A stretch of DNA of 64,000 nucleotides from an uncultured virus (IMG/VR IMGVR_UViG_3300009512_000012) (lineage: Duplodnaviria > Heunggongvirae > Uroviricota > Caudoviricetes): the IMG/VR virus record IMGVR_UViG_3300009512_000012. One strand, written 5' to 3'. The position numbers and the translations under genes are program-made. Under the pieces are notes generated by a model. The model was not told the DNA's origin and made no database searches. It saw only the letters and a program-made list of their open reading frames with translations. Every line of letters begins with the position of its first letter. Position 1 is the first letter of the stretch. Below are positions 9,379 through 18,511 of this stretch, piece after piece.

Positions 9379-10062
9379 TTAAACCCCATACGTTGATTCA
9401 GGTTCAAGTGCTATCCAATATTCTACATCGTTACTTTTAGATTTAAAGTGACTTATGTTTTTAGATGAAACAGATACATCATATGACCCTGGTAATAGTT
9501 GTAAGTTCTCTACTTTAAAATAAAACTGAAAAGTCTCTGCTTCCGAAGTACATTTAACTTCTAAAGAAAAACTATTTGCAGTATCATTCTTTTTATCTTT
9601 TACAGTAAGAAAACTACCTTCTTTGGTTTTTTCAAATACAAGGTCAGGTGCCATAACAGCAGATGCAGCCTTTTTTAATTGATTTAAATCTTCACTTGTA
9701 AGTTCAAATGTAACATCAACTGATGGCATTGTAATCATTTTACTAGGGGTTGTAATTACGGAAGGGTCGGAATAAAAATACTTTAGTTTAGTACCGTTAC
9801 TACCTTCTTCTTTGATTGTAAGATACTGTTCGCTAAAATCAATCACAGGGTCTTTAAATAAACTTGTCGATGACAAGAATTCATTTAAATCATAAATGGC
9901 AACTTGTTGTGGGAAAGTTTCTTTCACTGTTGCTTTGGCCACGATGTTTTTCATCGCTGACATTGTTGTTAATGTATTACCTTCTTTAATCATCAAGTTT
10001 TGATTAATTGCAGAAAAGTTTTTCAATACACTTAAAGTTTCACTATTCATTTTCATTTTCAT
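9379..10062 (-). CDS. 45: sliding clamp (gp45)
   Basis: LKNFSAINQ, IYDLNEFL, YWIALE. Confidence 0.96.
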   Translation of the reverse strand: MKMKMNSETLSVLKNFSAINQNLMIKEGNTLTTMSAMKNIVAKATVKETFPQQVAIYDLNEFLSSTSLFKDPVIDFSEQYLTIKEEGSNGTKLKYFYSDPSVITTPSKMITMPSVDVTFELTSEDLNQLKKAASAVMAPDLVFEKTKEGSFLTVKDKKNDTANSFSLEVKCTSEAETFQFYFKVENLQLLPGSYDVSVSSKNISHFKSKSNDVEYWIALEPESTYGV

Positions 10063-10330
10063 TGGTCTCCATATCTAAATTGTAAAGTGCTATCATACCA
10101 TAATGCAAGATTTTAAGCAAGTCTTTTCTGTTCTTGCCATCTTTGTTGCCAAAACGTTGAGCGTATTTCATAATGTTTCCAAGTGCAAACCCTTCACCGT
10201 GACCACTATCAATAATAAACTCGGTAGATTGAAGTTTACCTTTTGCATAGTGTTGACTGTAAGTATCTGTAATATAATCTTGCAATTCTGTCAGATACTT
10301 GTCTTCGTTAAATGTGTAAGTATTAGTCAT
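10043..10330 (-). CDS. DUF3310-like conserved phage protein
   Basis: QHY...GF..GNIMKYA.R.G.KDG...DLLK..HY pattern. Confidence 0.7.
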   Translation of the reverse strand: MTNTYTFNEDKYLTELQDYITDTYSQHYAKGKLQSTEFIIDSGHGEGFALGNIMKYAQRFGNKDGKNRKDLLKILHYGMIALYNLDMETNENENE

Positions 10331-11003
10331 TAAAACTAACCTTTACAGACATGTGTTGTCTCATACCTGTATTAGAACGTGTACTGCTCCTTACATAACT
10401 CGGATATAACATTAGTACACCCTTTTCATGTTTTATAGTCTCAGATGTAGCAGGTCGTAATACATGGTCTGTTTCTTCAACTTTTCTTATAAAAGAAAGT
10501 TCATTTTCACCTTCTTTAAATTGAGATTTCTCTTTACCCCATTCAAACTTTGTTTCACCGTCACCATCTGTACCTAAAAATAAAAATCCTTTAACAATTA
10601 TATTGGATTCATCAGGTAGATATTCACCAGGGTTAAGTGTGTAGATATCTCTTTCAGAAAAAGAAAACATAATATTAAGTTTTTTTTCTAAATTAAAATT
10701 GTGTTTAAGATAAGACTTTACACACTTCTCTAATACGTGAGTTAAATTTGCAATAAAATCTTTATCGTCTTCCTCTTTTAATTCTTTAATTTCTTCAATA
10801 ATATTATCTGGTATTTCCACACGCATAAAATGAGCAGCCATTTTATTTCTCATTTCAATCTTTAAACCTTTATTGGTATCTTCGTGTGTTTCTTCAATTG
10901 AAAATATTTTTGAATCGTGTTCTGCAACTTTTTTATTAAATTCTTTGTCTTCCGTTACTGTGCCATCTGGCATCTGGTCAAATGCTTTCATAATTTTACT
11001 CAA
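10323..11003 (-). CDS. hypothetical protein, degenerate 2OG-Fe(II) oxygenase-like fold; paralogue of the adjacent ORF
   Basis: G.T.F.WG, G.LMLYPSY and terminal R...SFN resemble the DSBH fold, but the metal-binding His residues are absent. Confidence 0.5.
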   Translation of the reverse strand: MSKIMKAFDQMPDGTVTEDKEFNKKVAEHDSKIFSIEETHEDTNKGLKIEMRNKMAAHFMRVEIPDNIIEEIKELKEEDDKDFIANLTHVLEKCVKSYLKHNFNLEKKLNIMFSFSERDIYTLNPGEYLPDESNIIVKGFLFLGTDGDGETKFEWGKEKSQFKEGENELSFIRKVEETDHVLRPATSETIKHEKGVLMLYPSYVRSSTRSNTGMRQHMSVKVSFND

Positions 11004-11490
11004 ACCTTCCGTTTATTTCTAAATAACTATTGACATCTTTTGTATCAACAATTTCTACATAGGTAGGATATATTAACATCATACCCCGTTCACTTTCTAC
11101 AGCTTCTTCCGTATAAGGATATAGTGGATGAGCATTACTTTCACCCCATTTAAAAGTTGTTGTGCCTTCATTGTCAAAATACATTCTCATTTGATATAAT
11201 GGATTAACAATTTTATTAGGAATTTCATCTCCGTCACCAACTATAGAATTGCCATTATGAAAAATATTAAAATCATGTACTGGGTCTATTTCTAGATTGT
11301 GATTAAATTTAATATATGCTTTTGCTAAATCATTTAATATTTTATTTAAATTCACAGCCATATCTTCATTGCCAGGTATAAACAAAACTCCTCTGTTTTC
11401 CCATATCTCATGGACAATTGTTTCTGGTACTTCAACACGCATAAAGTGTACGGCAATTTTATTTCTCATACTGAGATTCATATCTGTCAT
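10996..11490 (-). CDS. hypothetical protein, paralogue of 10323..11003
   Basis: Shares MRNK.A.HFMRVE.P..I..EI, F.WG, HxLxP.T.E and G.xxxYP.YV. Confidence 0.55.
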   Translation of the reverse strand: MTDMNLSMRNKIAVHFMRVEVPETIVHEIWENRGVLFIPGNEDMAVNLNKILNDLAKAYIKFNHNLEIDPVHDFNIFHNGNSIVGDGDEIPNKIVNPLYQMRMYFDNEGTTTFKWGESNAHPLYPYTEEAVESERGMMLIYPTYVEIVDTKDVNSYLEINGRFE

Positions 11491-11523
11491 AATATATTTC
11501 CTTTTTTATTCATCGTATATTAT

Positions 11524-11549
11524 AATGGGGGTCATTGTCAACCCCCATT
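11524..11549 (-). promoter_or_regulatory. stem-loop overlapping a TTGACA box, downstream of hsp20 (promoter and/or terminator)
   Basis: AATGGGGGT-TGACAATG-ACCCCCATT perfect 9-bp stem followed by an AT-rich -10-like sequence. Confidence 0.6.
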
Positions 11550-11565
11550 GTTCATTTTTTAATAA

Positions 11566-11997
11566 CTATTTTATTTCAATAGTTCTCGGTTTTTTACCTT
11601 CGGGTAGAATTTTTTCCAATTCAATAACAAGTAACCCGTCTCTCAATTCAGCATCGTTTACAACTACATTATCTGCAACTGTAAACTTTTTTCTAAATTG
11701 TCGTTTAGATATTCCTTTGTGAATAACTTTATCATCTTCTTCAGCACTTTCCTTAGCAGATTTAAATTTCACTTTACTTTCAATTGTAAGTTCATTATTT
11801 GAATATTGTACATCAATATCATCTTTACTAAATCCAGCAACTGCTAATTGTAAACTAAACTTATAGTCATCTATCTTTACAATATCATATGGTGGGTACT
11901 GTGTTTTTGCGATTGGTTGCCCAACGATTGCCTCCATTGTATCGAAGATATCGTCAAAGCCTATGGTTACAGGTCGTAACCTATTAAAGTCTATCAT
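11566..11997 (-). CDS. hsp20: small heat-shock protein Hsp20 (IbpA-like)
   Basis: YPPYDI.K, LAVAGF, HKGIS.R.F...F, A.L.DGLL.I.LE...PE.KKPR.IEI. Start MIDF at 11997 follows AGGAG. Confidence 0.95.
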   Translation of the reverse strand: MIDFNRLRPVTIGFDDIFDTMEAIVGQPIAKTQYPPYDIVKIDDYKFSLQLAVAGFSKDDIDVQYSNNELTIESKVKFKSAKESAEEDDKVIHKGISKRQFRKKFTVADNVVVNDAELRDGLLVIELEKILPEGKKPRTIEIK

Positions 11998-12003
11998 TGT
12001 TTT

Positions 12004-12046
12004 CTCCTTTTTAAGCAAGTTATAGTTGATACCCTTTCGGCGTATC
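12004..12046 (-). ncRNA. ROSE-like RNA thermometer in the hsp20 5' UTR
   Basis: CUUGCU-UAAAA-AGGAG hairpin with a bulged G occluding the SD, preceded by a GATAC-G-CC-GAAA-GG-GTATC hairpin. Confidence 0.65.
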
Positions 12047-12051
12047 ACTTA

Positions 12052-12089
12052 TATTTATATGGGGGTTAGCAATCAAATGTCAACCCCCA
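12052..12089 (-). promoter_or_regulatory. composite hsp20 promoter: stem-loop with TTGACA plus late box TATAAATA
   Basis: TGGGGGTTGACA...AACCCCCA followed by TATAAATA at 12059-12052. Confidence 0.65.
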
Positions 12090-12106
12090 CACAAAAACTT
12101 TTTTTA

Positions 12107-12214
12107 TTAACCTTCATCTTGAACTATTTTAATAGCTTTTTCCCAAGCCTCTTCATAAGAATACCCTTCGGCTTCTAACTCTTCGGCTATTTCGTAATAT
12201 CTATTATAGTCCAT
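12107..12214 (-). CDS. 35-aa acidic hypothetical protein
   Basis: Manual translation MDYNRYYEIAEELEAEGYSYEEAWEKAIKIVQDEG; GAGG upstream; overlaps the stop of the CobS-like gene. Confidence 0.55.
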   Translation of the reverse strand: MDYNRYYEIAEELEAEGYSYEEAWEKAIKIVQDEG

Positions 12215-13385
12215 TTGATTCATCCTCTTCATCTTGAACAATTTCATCTGACTGTTCAGGTTCTGAAATATCAATACCTGCATCAATCTTAGAATAAAGA
12301 TTTAAGAAAGAATCTTTAGTGTCATCATCAAATCTGGCGACACATAACTCAACTGCTTTCTTTTTATCTGAAAAGATTGCATATGCCTTGACAATGTGGT
12401 CAAGTCTTCTGGTAGAGATGATTTCATCAATCCCACCTTCGAAAAAGGTCTTTCTAATAACCTCTGCCCAAGTACATAGATTTTCAGCAAACGCCTCATC
12501 TATCTTACCATACTTTTTCATAGAACCAAGAATAATCTTTTCTTCTACTTTTTTTGCGGCATATGGTTGTTCAATAGTAATGGCAAATCTTTCTAAGAAT
12601 GCTTCGTTTAAAACATTCGTTCCAATAAATCTACCATCCTCTGAACCCTTACCTTTAGTATTGGCAGTGGCCATAACGTTAAATCCTTGTTTTGGTGTAA
12701 CCCACTTATTTACTTTTTTCAAGTAAACGCCTTTTCCTTCAAGGACAGGTTGTAAACACATAAGTTTATTAGAACCTAAATCACACTCATCCAATAGAAG
12801 AGTACATCCTCTTTCCATTGCATCGATGACTGGGCCAGGTACAAACTTGGTCTCGCCGTTAACAAGTCTGAAACCACCGAGTAAATCGTCCTCATCAGTT
12901 TCGATTGTAATGTTAACTCTGATTAAGTCTTTTTTCATTTCGGCATGAATTTGCTCAATCATTAAAGTCTTACCGTTACCAGATAGACCAGTAACAAACA
13001 CTGGGTAAAACATATCAGACTTTGAAATCTGTTTAATTGTATTGTAGTGACCCCAAGGTACAAATCCCTCAAACTTCGAAGGTATCAAATTTTGAACATC
13101 AATTGATTTCGCCATTAAGTTTACACTTGTCGGTGAAGGTGCATCTACAGGTTGATTAATAATTGGTTGAACTGATTGTACAACCTCCTCGACTGATTTA
13201 TCACCAGACGTTGGTAATTGATACTTACCATGACCACATTTGAATTGTGGTTTCTTTAACCAAGAAGGGTTTTGAAAACCATTCTTTTCTGCGAAATCGT
13301 TGATTTCAAATCTAGTAACTACGGCAGCATCGCCGTACTCTTTAGACATCGCAATCACGAACTCTTGTTTTTTAGGTGTTAACAT
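12204..13385 (-). CDS. CobS/MoxR-like AAA+ ATPase
   Basis: GLSGNGKT Walker A, LLLDE, ATANTKG.G, LNEAFLERF, ISTRRL. Confidence 0.92.
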   Translation of the reverse strand: MLTPKKQEFVIAMSKEYGDAAVVTRFEINDFAEKNGFQNPSWLKKPQFKCGHGKYQLPTSGDKSVEEVVQSVQPIINQPVDAPSPTSVNLMAKSIDVQNLIPSKFEGFVPWGHYNTIKQISKSDMFYPVFVTGLSGNGKTLMIEQIHAEMKKDLIRVNITIETDEDDLLGGFRLVNGETKFVPGPVIDAMERGCTLLLDECDLGSNKLMCLQPVLEGKGVYLKKVNKWVTPKQGFNVMATANTKGKGSEDGRFIGTNVLNEAFLERFAITIEQPYAAKKVEEKIILGSMKKYGKIDEAFAENLCTWAEVIRKTFFEGGIDEIISTRRLDHIVKAYAIFSDKKKAVELCVARFDDDTKDSFLNLYSKIDAGIDISEPEQSDEIVQDEEDESNGL

Positions 13386-13419
13386 TATAAAGTCCTCTCT
13401 TTAATTATCATCTATTATT

Positions 13420-13449
13420 AGAATATCAGGTAAATCTTGTTATTGTCAA
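13420..13449 (-). promoter_or_regulatory. early (sigma70-like) promoter
   Basis: TTGACA-18bp-TATTCT with TG extension, followed by ATAGATGAT. Confidence 0.65.
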
Positions 13450-13457
13450 GGCCTAAA

Positions 13458-15707
13458 TTAGGCAATGTTTTCAATGAATTTGTTAAGTAATTGACGATTT
13501 AGTGTCTTTTTTGTGGCGTGTTTAAGGAATTCACGGGCCATTCCGGCAGATTTCATATTCTCTTTAAACTCATAATCAGATGATTCTTGAACATTTTCAC
13601 CTCTAGGCAAAATATAAAATTCATCATATCCAGCAACTTTGCAAACTGACACTTTATCTTTTGATAATTGTCTTTGAATTTTTGCAATTTGAGCATGGTC
13701 ACTATCACTGTATTGATTTAAATGATATGCATTACAAATAACATTTAAAGGAACTTTTCCCTTTTTACCTGAACCTGCAATGAAGAAACCTAAAACAGAA
13801 ATATTAGGTAATTGTTTTCTAAGTAATTGTAAATATGTTTTTGTTTGTTCAGAACCATACATTGCGCCACTAACTACTGTTGCACCAGTCTCTGGGCAAG
13901 TAATATGAACATCTTTACTACCAACTGAGTATGAACCATGTGGTTGTAAATAATCTTCACCAGAAGCACCAGAACTATCAGACCACCACTCACTATGAGT
14001 ATGACTTTCACCATCTGTCAAATAAACAAGATTTAATTTTTGAACTTTGTTTTCTGACATAAACTTTTTAGTAGTTTTGTAAGTAGTTATGATTGCTTGA
14101 TTAAGTGGTGTGCCACCAAGATTGAATCTACTAGGTATCCATGTACTATTAACATAACCATATTCGTCTTCTAAATCAGAATAACTCCATTGATAAGTCA
14201 TTGAAAGTAATTCTTTCATCATCCACATGGTTTCTTGTTTAGTCATTTTATTAGTAAAGAACTCAAATAAATTAAAACGACCAAAAGTTAAATCATTACG
14301 TACCTTGTCTTGTACTTCTTCGTGGTCATTATTTGTATTATATTTGTATCTATCTGAAAAGGCAAAAACTTGAAAAGGAATTTTTACTCTTTGGCAAAAC
14401 CAAATTAAGTTGTAAAGTTGAATAAGTGTAAATCTCATATTACCTGCCATTGAACCTGACCAATCAAGATACATAATCATACCGTGATTAGTAGAACCGG
14501 GTATCGTAGTAATCTTTGCGAATAAATCTTCATTGTATCGATAACTATGGAGTTTAGTCATATCAAGACTACCTGTCTTTGAAACAGTGGCTCTTTTGTA
14601 TGCATCAGCAGACTTTTTCATTTCAAACTCTTTAACCATATACTGAACAACTTTTTTGTTTTCATTAAAGATTTTATCCATTTCTTTTTGAACTGCGTTA
14701 TCAAAACTCTTACTATGATTGATAGTATAGTCTTCTTTGAGTTCTTGCATAATTCTTTTATATGATAAAGTAATTTTTGACATTTTAAGACTTTTAGGAA
14801 TATTTAAGTACATACGGTCTTTTGCTTTTTCATCAATATGTGCTTTCATGGCATCATCATAAGCACTATCGGTAACTGATTTTAAATCACCATTAGTAGG
14901 GGCACCACCTTTTGAAGCAGTAGTTGATTGTTGACTTTCTTGTTCTTCACCTTCGTCACCTTTATCTTGGTCACTTGTTTGAGTACCGTTAGAACTTTCT
15001 TCATCATCATCTTGAGATTTTGACTTGGATGAACTATCTTCACCTTCCTCGCCATCGTCTGAGCCATCGTCTGAGTTTTTTTGTTGTTGATTTTGTTGTT
15101 CACCATCATCGTCTTCTTTATCTACACCTGACATTGATTGTTGAGCATTATTATCTTGATTTTCTTTTTCTTGTTTTTCGTGAAACTCACAAAGTTTTGC
15201 CGCAAGACTAATTACATCTTCTGGTGTTTTACATTTTGAAACTTCTTCGATAAGTAATTTTTCTTCTGGTGAAACATCACCAAGAAGACCTGTCTTGTAA
15301 AAGATATTAATTTTATCAATGATATTAAGTTTTGAGATATCTTTATTATCTATACCAAAGAAATTTTTCTTTAATAACTCTTTATAACCTTTTTGAAAGT
15401 TTTTAACAGAACCGGGGTATTTCTTTTGAAACATTTTTTCGATACGTGCATCTTCGATTACGTTAACAACACCATGGTCAATACCTTGATGATGAATTGC
15501 ATCTAACATATCTAGAGGTGTATATAATGCATGACCAACTTCATGACAAACGAACATGTCATAAACATCGTTACTCATTTCTTCTTTGAAAATTGGTAAA
15601 ACTAATTCTCTTGATTTAACATCAAAAGAAGCAGTCTGTGCTTTTTTGTGAACAACGTAAACGTTTTCTTCAGCAAGTAGTTTCGCAATAGTAGATTTTT
15701 TAGTCAT
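13458..15707 (-). CDS. CobT-like protein: HExxH peptidase-like domain, acidic linker, vWA domain
   Basis: HEVGHAL, NVIEDARIE, DWSGSM (MIDAS), GGTPL, LTDGES. Confidence 0.88.
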   Translation of the reverse strand: MTKKSTIAKLLAEENVYVVHKKAQTASFDVKSRELVLPIFKEEMSNDVYDMFVCHEVGHALYTPLDMLDAIHHQGIDHGVVNVIEDARIEKMFQKKYPGSVKNFQKGYKELLKKNFFGIDNKDISKLNIIDKINIFYKTGLLGDVSPEEKLLIEEVSKCKTPEDVISLAAKLCEFHEKQEKENQDNNAQQSMSGVDKEDDDGEQQNQQQKNSDDGSDDGEEGEDSSSKSKSQDDDEESSNGTQTSDQDKGDEGEEQESQQSTTASKGGAPTNGDLKSVTDSAYDDAMKAHIDEKAKDRMYLNIPKSLKMSKITLSYKRIMQELKEDYTINHSKSFDNAVQKEMDKIFNENKKVVQYMVKEFEMKKSADAYKRATVSKTGSLDMTKLHSYRYNEDLFAKITTIPGSTNHGMIMYLDWSGSMAGNMRFTLIQLYNLIWFCQRVKIPFQVFAFSDRYKYNTNNDHEEVQDKVRNDLTFGRFNLFEFFTNKMTKQETMWMMKELLSMTYQWSYSDLEDEYGYVNSTWIPSRFNLGGTPLNQAIITTYKTTKKFMSENKVQKLNLVYLTDGESHTHSEWWSDSSGASGEDYLQPHGSYSVGSKDVHITCPETGATVVSGAMYGSEQTKTYLQLLRKQLPNISVLGFFIAGSGKKGKVPLNVICNAYHLNQYSDSDHAQIAKIQRQLSKDKVSVCKVAGYDEFYILPRGENVQESSDYEFKENMKSAGMAREFLKHATKKTLNRQLLNKFIENIA

Positions 15708-15734
15708 TTGAATACCTCATCATCATCTATAGTT

Positions 15735-15764
15735 ATAATGACAGGCATTCGGGCCATTTGTCAA
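15735..15764 (-). promoter_or_regulatory. early (sigma70-like) promoter
   Basis: TTGACA-18bp-CATTAT with TG extension, followed by ATAGATGAT; same layout as 13420..13449. Confidence 0.6.
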
Positions 15765-15774
15765 GGGTTAAAAA

Positions 15775-16920
15775 TTAAAGGTGGTCGTTACCGTAATTCT
15801 TCCATATGTCAAAAACCTCAATATTTTCGGGCGTTTCATCACTTGGCCAAGATTTGAACAATATGTCGCACCCTGTTTTTGCGTTGATTTTTACTATTTT
15901 TCCACCTAATTCTTTAATATAGTGTTGGATTAATAGGATATAACTGCCGTCTTCGTTCTTAACACCCTCTTTAAACCCTGTACTAGTAAATGCAACTTTA
16001 AGTGGTTGAACCTTACCTGACGGGTCTTGAAGCACTCTTCTTGCGACTGCTTCTGCTTGTTTTTCTCTGACAATCATTGTGTTGCCAAAATAATCATAAG
16101 TCATGTCTAATTTCTTAGTCAACCAACTTAATGCAATATTATCTCTAGGGTGACAACTTCCACCATCACCTAAACCTGGTTTCATGTATTTTGGACTTAT
16201 TAATCTATGAGTACACTTTGACAGTACATCGCAAACAAAATTTGCATCTGCATTTTTCATTTTATCTGCTGCATGTTGAATCATGTTTACAAAGTTAATT
16301 TTTTGAGTAATGAAAGTATTATAGAATACTTTAATCATTTCTGCTTCTTTAAAGTTACATATTTGAATTCTTGGATTGTTTTCTGCGATTGTCTTATAGA
16401 AATCGATTAATATCTTTGGTCTATAATTTGGTCTTTCGCCATTTGAACCATCTCCACCATTTCTGTCTGCACCAATTACAAACAACTCAGGATTTTTGAA
16501 ATCCCATGCAACGGTTCCTTGTGCTATGAAAAATGGACTATAAACAAAATCGGCATCTGTTATAAGGTCTCTAAGTTTATTATCAATTGTCGTAGGTATT
16601 ACAATTGAAATAAGAACAATCAATTGTGGTTTCTTTACGAACTTATTTAATTCAGATAGTGTTTCTTCAACTGCTGAATAATCGAAATCTTTTGCTGGTA
16701 AATCAGAGGTAGGAGTTTCTCCTCCATAACCATCTTCATGTGGTGTTGGTACTGAAACAAAGATAATTTCTCTATCACTTATTGCTTCAAACAAATTTTT
16801 ACGACAAATCGCAAGATTACTTACTTTTGGGTCGTACCCTGTTACATCGTGACCTTTTTCATACGCCACATCACTGCATGGCTTTACTAGTTTTCCTAAA
16901 CCAACAAATCCTACTTTCAT
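15775..16920 (-). CDS. UDP-glucose/GDP-mannose dehydrogenase family protein
   Basis: N-terminal Rossmann motif GLGKL, VPTP, AE.IK..YN, GGSCHPRD catalytic Cys. Confidence 0.9.
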   Translation of the reverse strand: MKVGFVGLGKLVKPCSDVAYEKGHDVTGYDPKVSNLAICRKNLFEAISDREIIFVSVPTPHEDGYGGETPTSDLPAKDFDYSAVEETLSELNKFVKKPQLIVLISIVIPTTIDNKLRDLITDADFVYSPFFIAQGTVAWDFKNPELFVIGADRNGGDGSNGERPNYRPKILIDFYKTIAENNPRIQICNFKEAEMIKVFYNTFITQKINFVNMIQHAADKMKNADANFVCDVLSKCTHRLISPKYMKPGLGDGGSCHPRDNIALSWLTKKLDMTYDYFGNTMIVREKQAEAVARRVLQDPSGKVQPLKVAFTSTGFKEGVKNEDGSYILLIQHYIKELGGKIVKINAKTGCDILFKSWPSDETPENIEVFDIWKNYGNDHL

Positions 16921-16985
16921 TTTAATACTCCTATTTCTTTAAATTAATTCTATATATTATATATACGTGCTTATTTAGTCTTTCT

Positions 16986-17789
16986 TTATAGTGCAATATC
17001 AAGTTCTTTATAGATAAATTTCATAATATTTCTTTGAGATTCAGCATTTGGATGTGCATCTATTCCACTAATTCTTTCATATTGACCTGCTCGTTCTAAA
17101 AAGTTTATCAGATGAAATCCACCTAATTCATTAAAACACGGCCATCCCATAAATGTATCTTCTTTTATCTGTAAAGATAATGGGTTCTTTATTAATTGTT
17201 CCATAGATTCTTTTTTAAACAACTTTGCTTCTTTATCATGTTCAAAGTAATTTGACATAGGATTTAACATTTGAAACATTTGTAATTTTATATTTCTAGA
17301 TTCGCAAATACATTGTAATGAATAAAACAATTGTAAATTCTTATTAATAATTTGTTTAGGTGTTGGATACTCACTAGAAAAAGTATTTAGATACCATTGA
17401 TTTAAATATTCGTAATCAAAAACTTCTCTATCAAGTTTTTTATCTATCACATCTTTTCGTCTTGGTACAAGTGTTCTCCATTCAGGACCTCTTCCTTCGG
17501 ACGGAAAGGGTCCAATACAGCAATCATCTTTATGTTTAATCATAAAATCTTGTCTTGTCCACTCTGTCCAACCAACTATTACATAATCAATTTTATCGTG
17601 TTTAGATATTTCAGAAACAACTCTATTAAAGATTATTTCGTTTCCAATACCACATATTGCAAGATTGATAACATTAGTATTTGTTTTTTCAGAAAGTAAC
17701 TCTGGCCACATTTTAAATTCAAGAGGCATTGGTTGTGCTGACTTTGGTTGTTCTTTATCTGTAAAACTGCAACCACCTACAATAATCAT
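16986..17789 (-). CDS. SGNH/GDSL-like hydrolase or acyltransferase
   Basis: GCSFT, W..LL, NLA..G.GN, VGWT...R, DAHPN (Ser...Asp-x-His). Confidence 0.75.
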   Translation of the reverse strand: MIIVGGCSFTDKEQPKSAQPMPLEFKMWPELLSEKTNTNVINLAICGIGNEIIFNRVVSEISKHDKIDYVIVGWTEWTRQDFMIKHKDDCCIGPFPSEGRGPEWRTLVPRRKDVIDKKLDREVFDYEYLNQWYLNTFSSEYPTPKQIINKNLQLFYSLQCICESRNIKLQMFQMLNPMSNYFEHDKEAKLFKKESMEQLIKNPLSLQIKEDTFMGWPCFNELGGFHLINFLERAGQYERISGIDAHPNAESQRNIMKFIYKELDIAL

Positions 17790-18511
17790 ATGTTATTTCC
17801 TAATATTTTTGCAAATTCTTTATGTGCTTTTGAAGTTGGATGAGCATCTGATGTATGATAAGACTTATCATTTTTTTTGTTCCATGATTGAAGAGAAAAT
17901 CCACCAACTTCTTTCATAAAAGGAAACCCTATTAAAGTACCATTATCCACAGTATCAAATCTAGGATGATTCATAACATGTTTGATGAACTCCATGTCAT
18001 CAAAAATATTTGGTAAAGGATTTAATGCTGCAAAAATTTTATATGGTATTCCTATTTTTTCTAAAACAGATTGCATAGTTATAATTTGAGTATAAAATTT
18101 ATATACCATTTTTTTAGTTCTAGGGTCGTAGTCTCTTATCATTTTTCCATTTAAAAGATTTCTTGTTATTTCCGTCATACCAATAACAACTAGACCATCT
18201 TTACTAAATGATAACAAATCATAATCGTCAATAATCTTTTGTATAATATGTTCATTTGAAGTACCATCTTGCCCATGATTAACAACAGGTGTTTCTAATA
18301 TTTCACCAAGATATTCTGGCCAACATTTTTGTATAACTCTTACATAGTTTGTAATATTACGTAATTCGCCCAATCGTGGTATTTCAGTATCCTCATCAAA
18401 AATTGTTTGTGACAGAGAACTAACTGCTACATCAGTTTCATATTCATAGTGTGTAAAACTACAACCATATGTAAATAATCTAGAATACTTTGACATTATA
18501 TTTCCTTTCAA
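17786..18511 (-). CDS. SGNH/GDSL-like hydrolase or acyltransferase (paralogue)
   Basis: GCSFT, WP.YL, N.G..G.SN, DAHPT..AH; shares G(F/W)P...E.GGF with its neighbour. Confidence 0.75.
   Translation of the reverse strand: MKGNIMSKYSRLFTYGCSFTHYEYETDVAVSSLSQTIFDEDTEIPRLGELRNITNYVRVIQKCWPEYLGEILETPVVNHGQDGTSNEHIIQKIIDDYDLLSFSKDGLVVIGMTEITRNLLNGKMIRDYDPRTKKMVYKFYTQIITMQSVLEKIGIPYKIFAALNPLPNIFDDMEFIKHVMNHPRFDTVDNGTLIGFPFMKEVGGFSLQSWNKKNDKSYHTSDAHPTSKAHKEFAKILGNNI

Noticed and set aside
12204..15707. Cobalamin biosynthesis role for the CobS/CobT-like genes
   Set aside because: No cobN or other cob genes in the window; the partner has a peptidase-vWA architecture.
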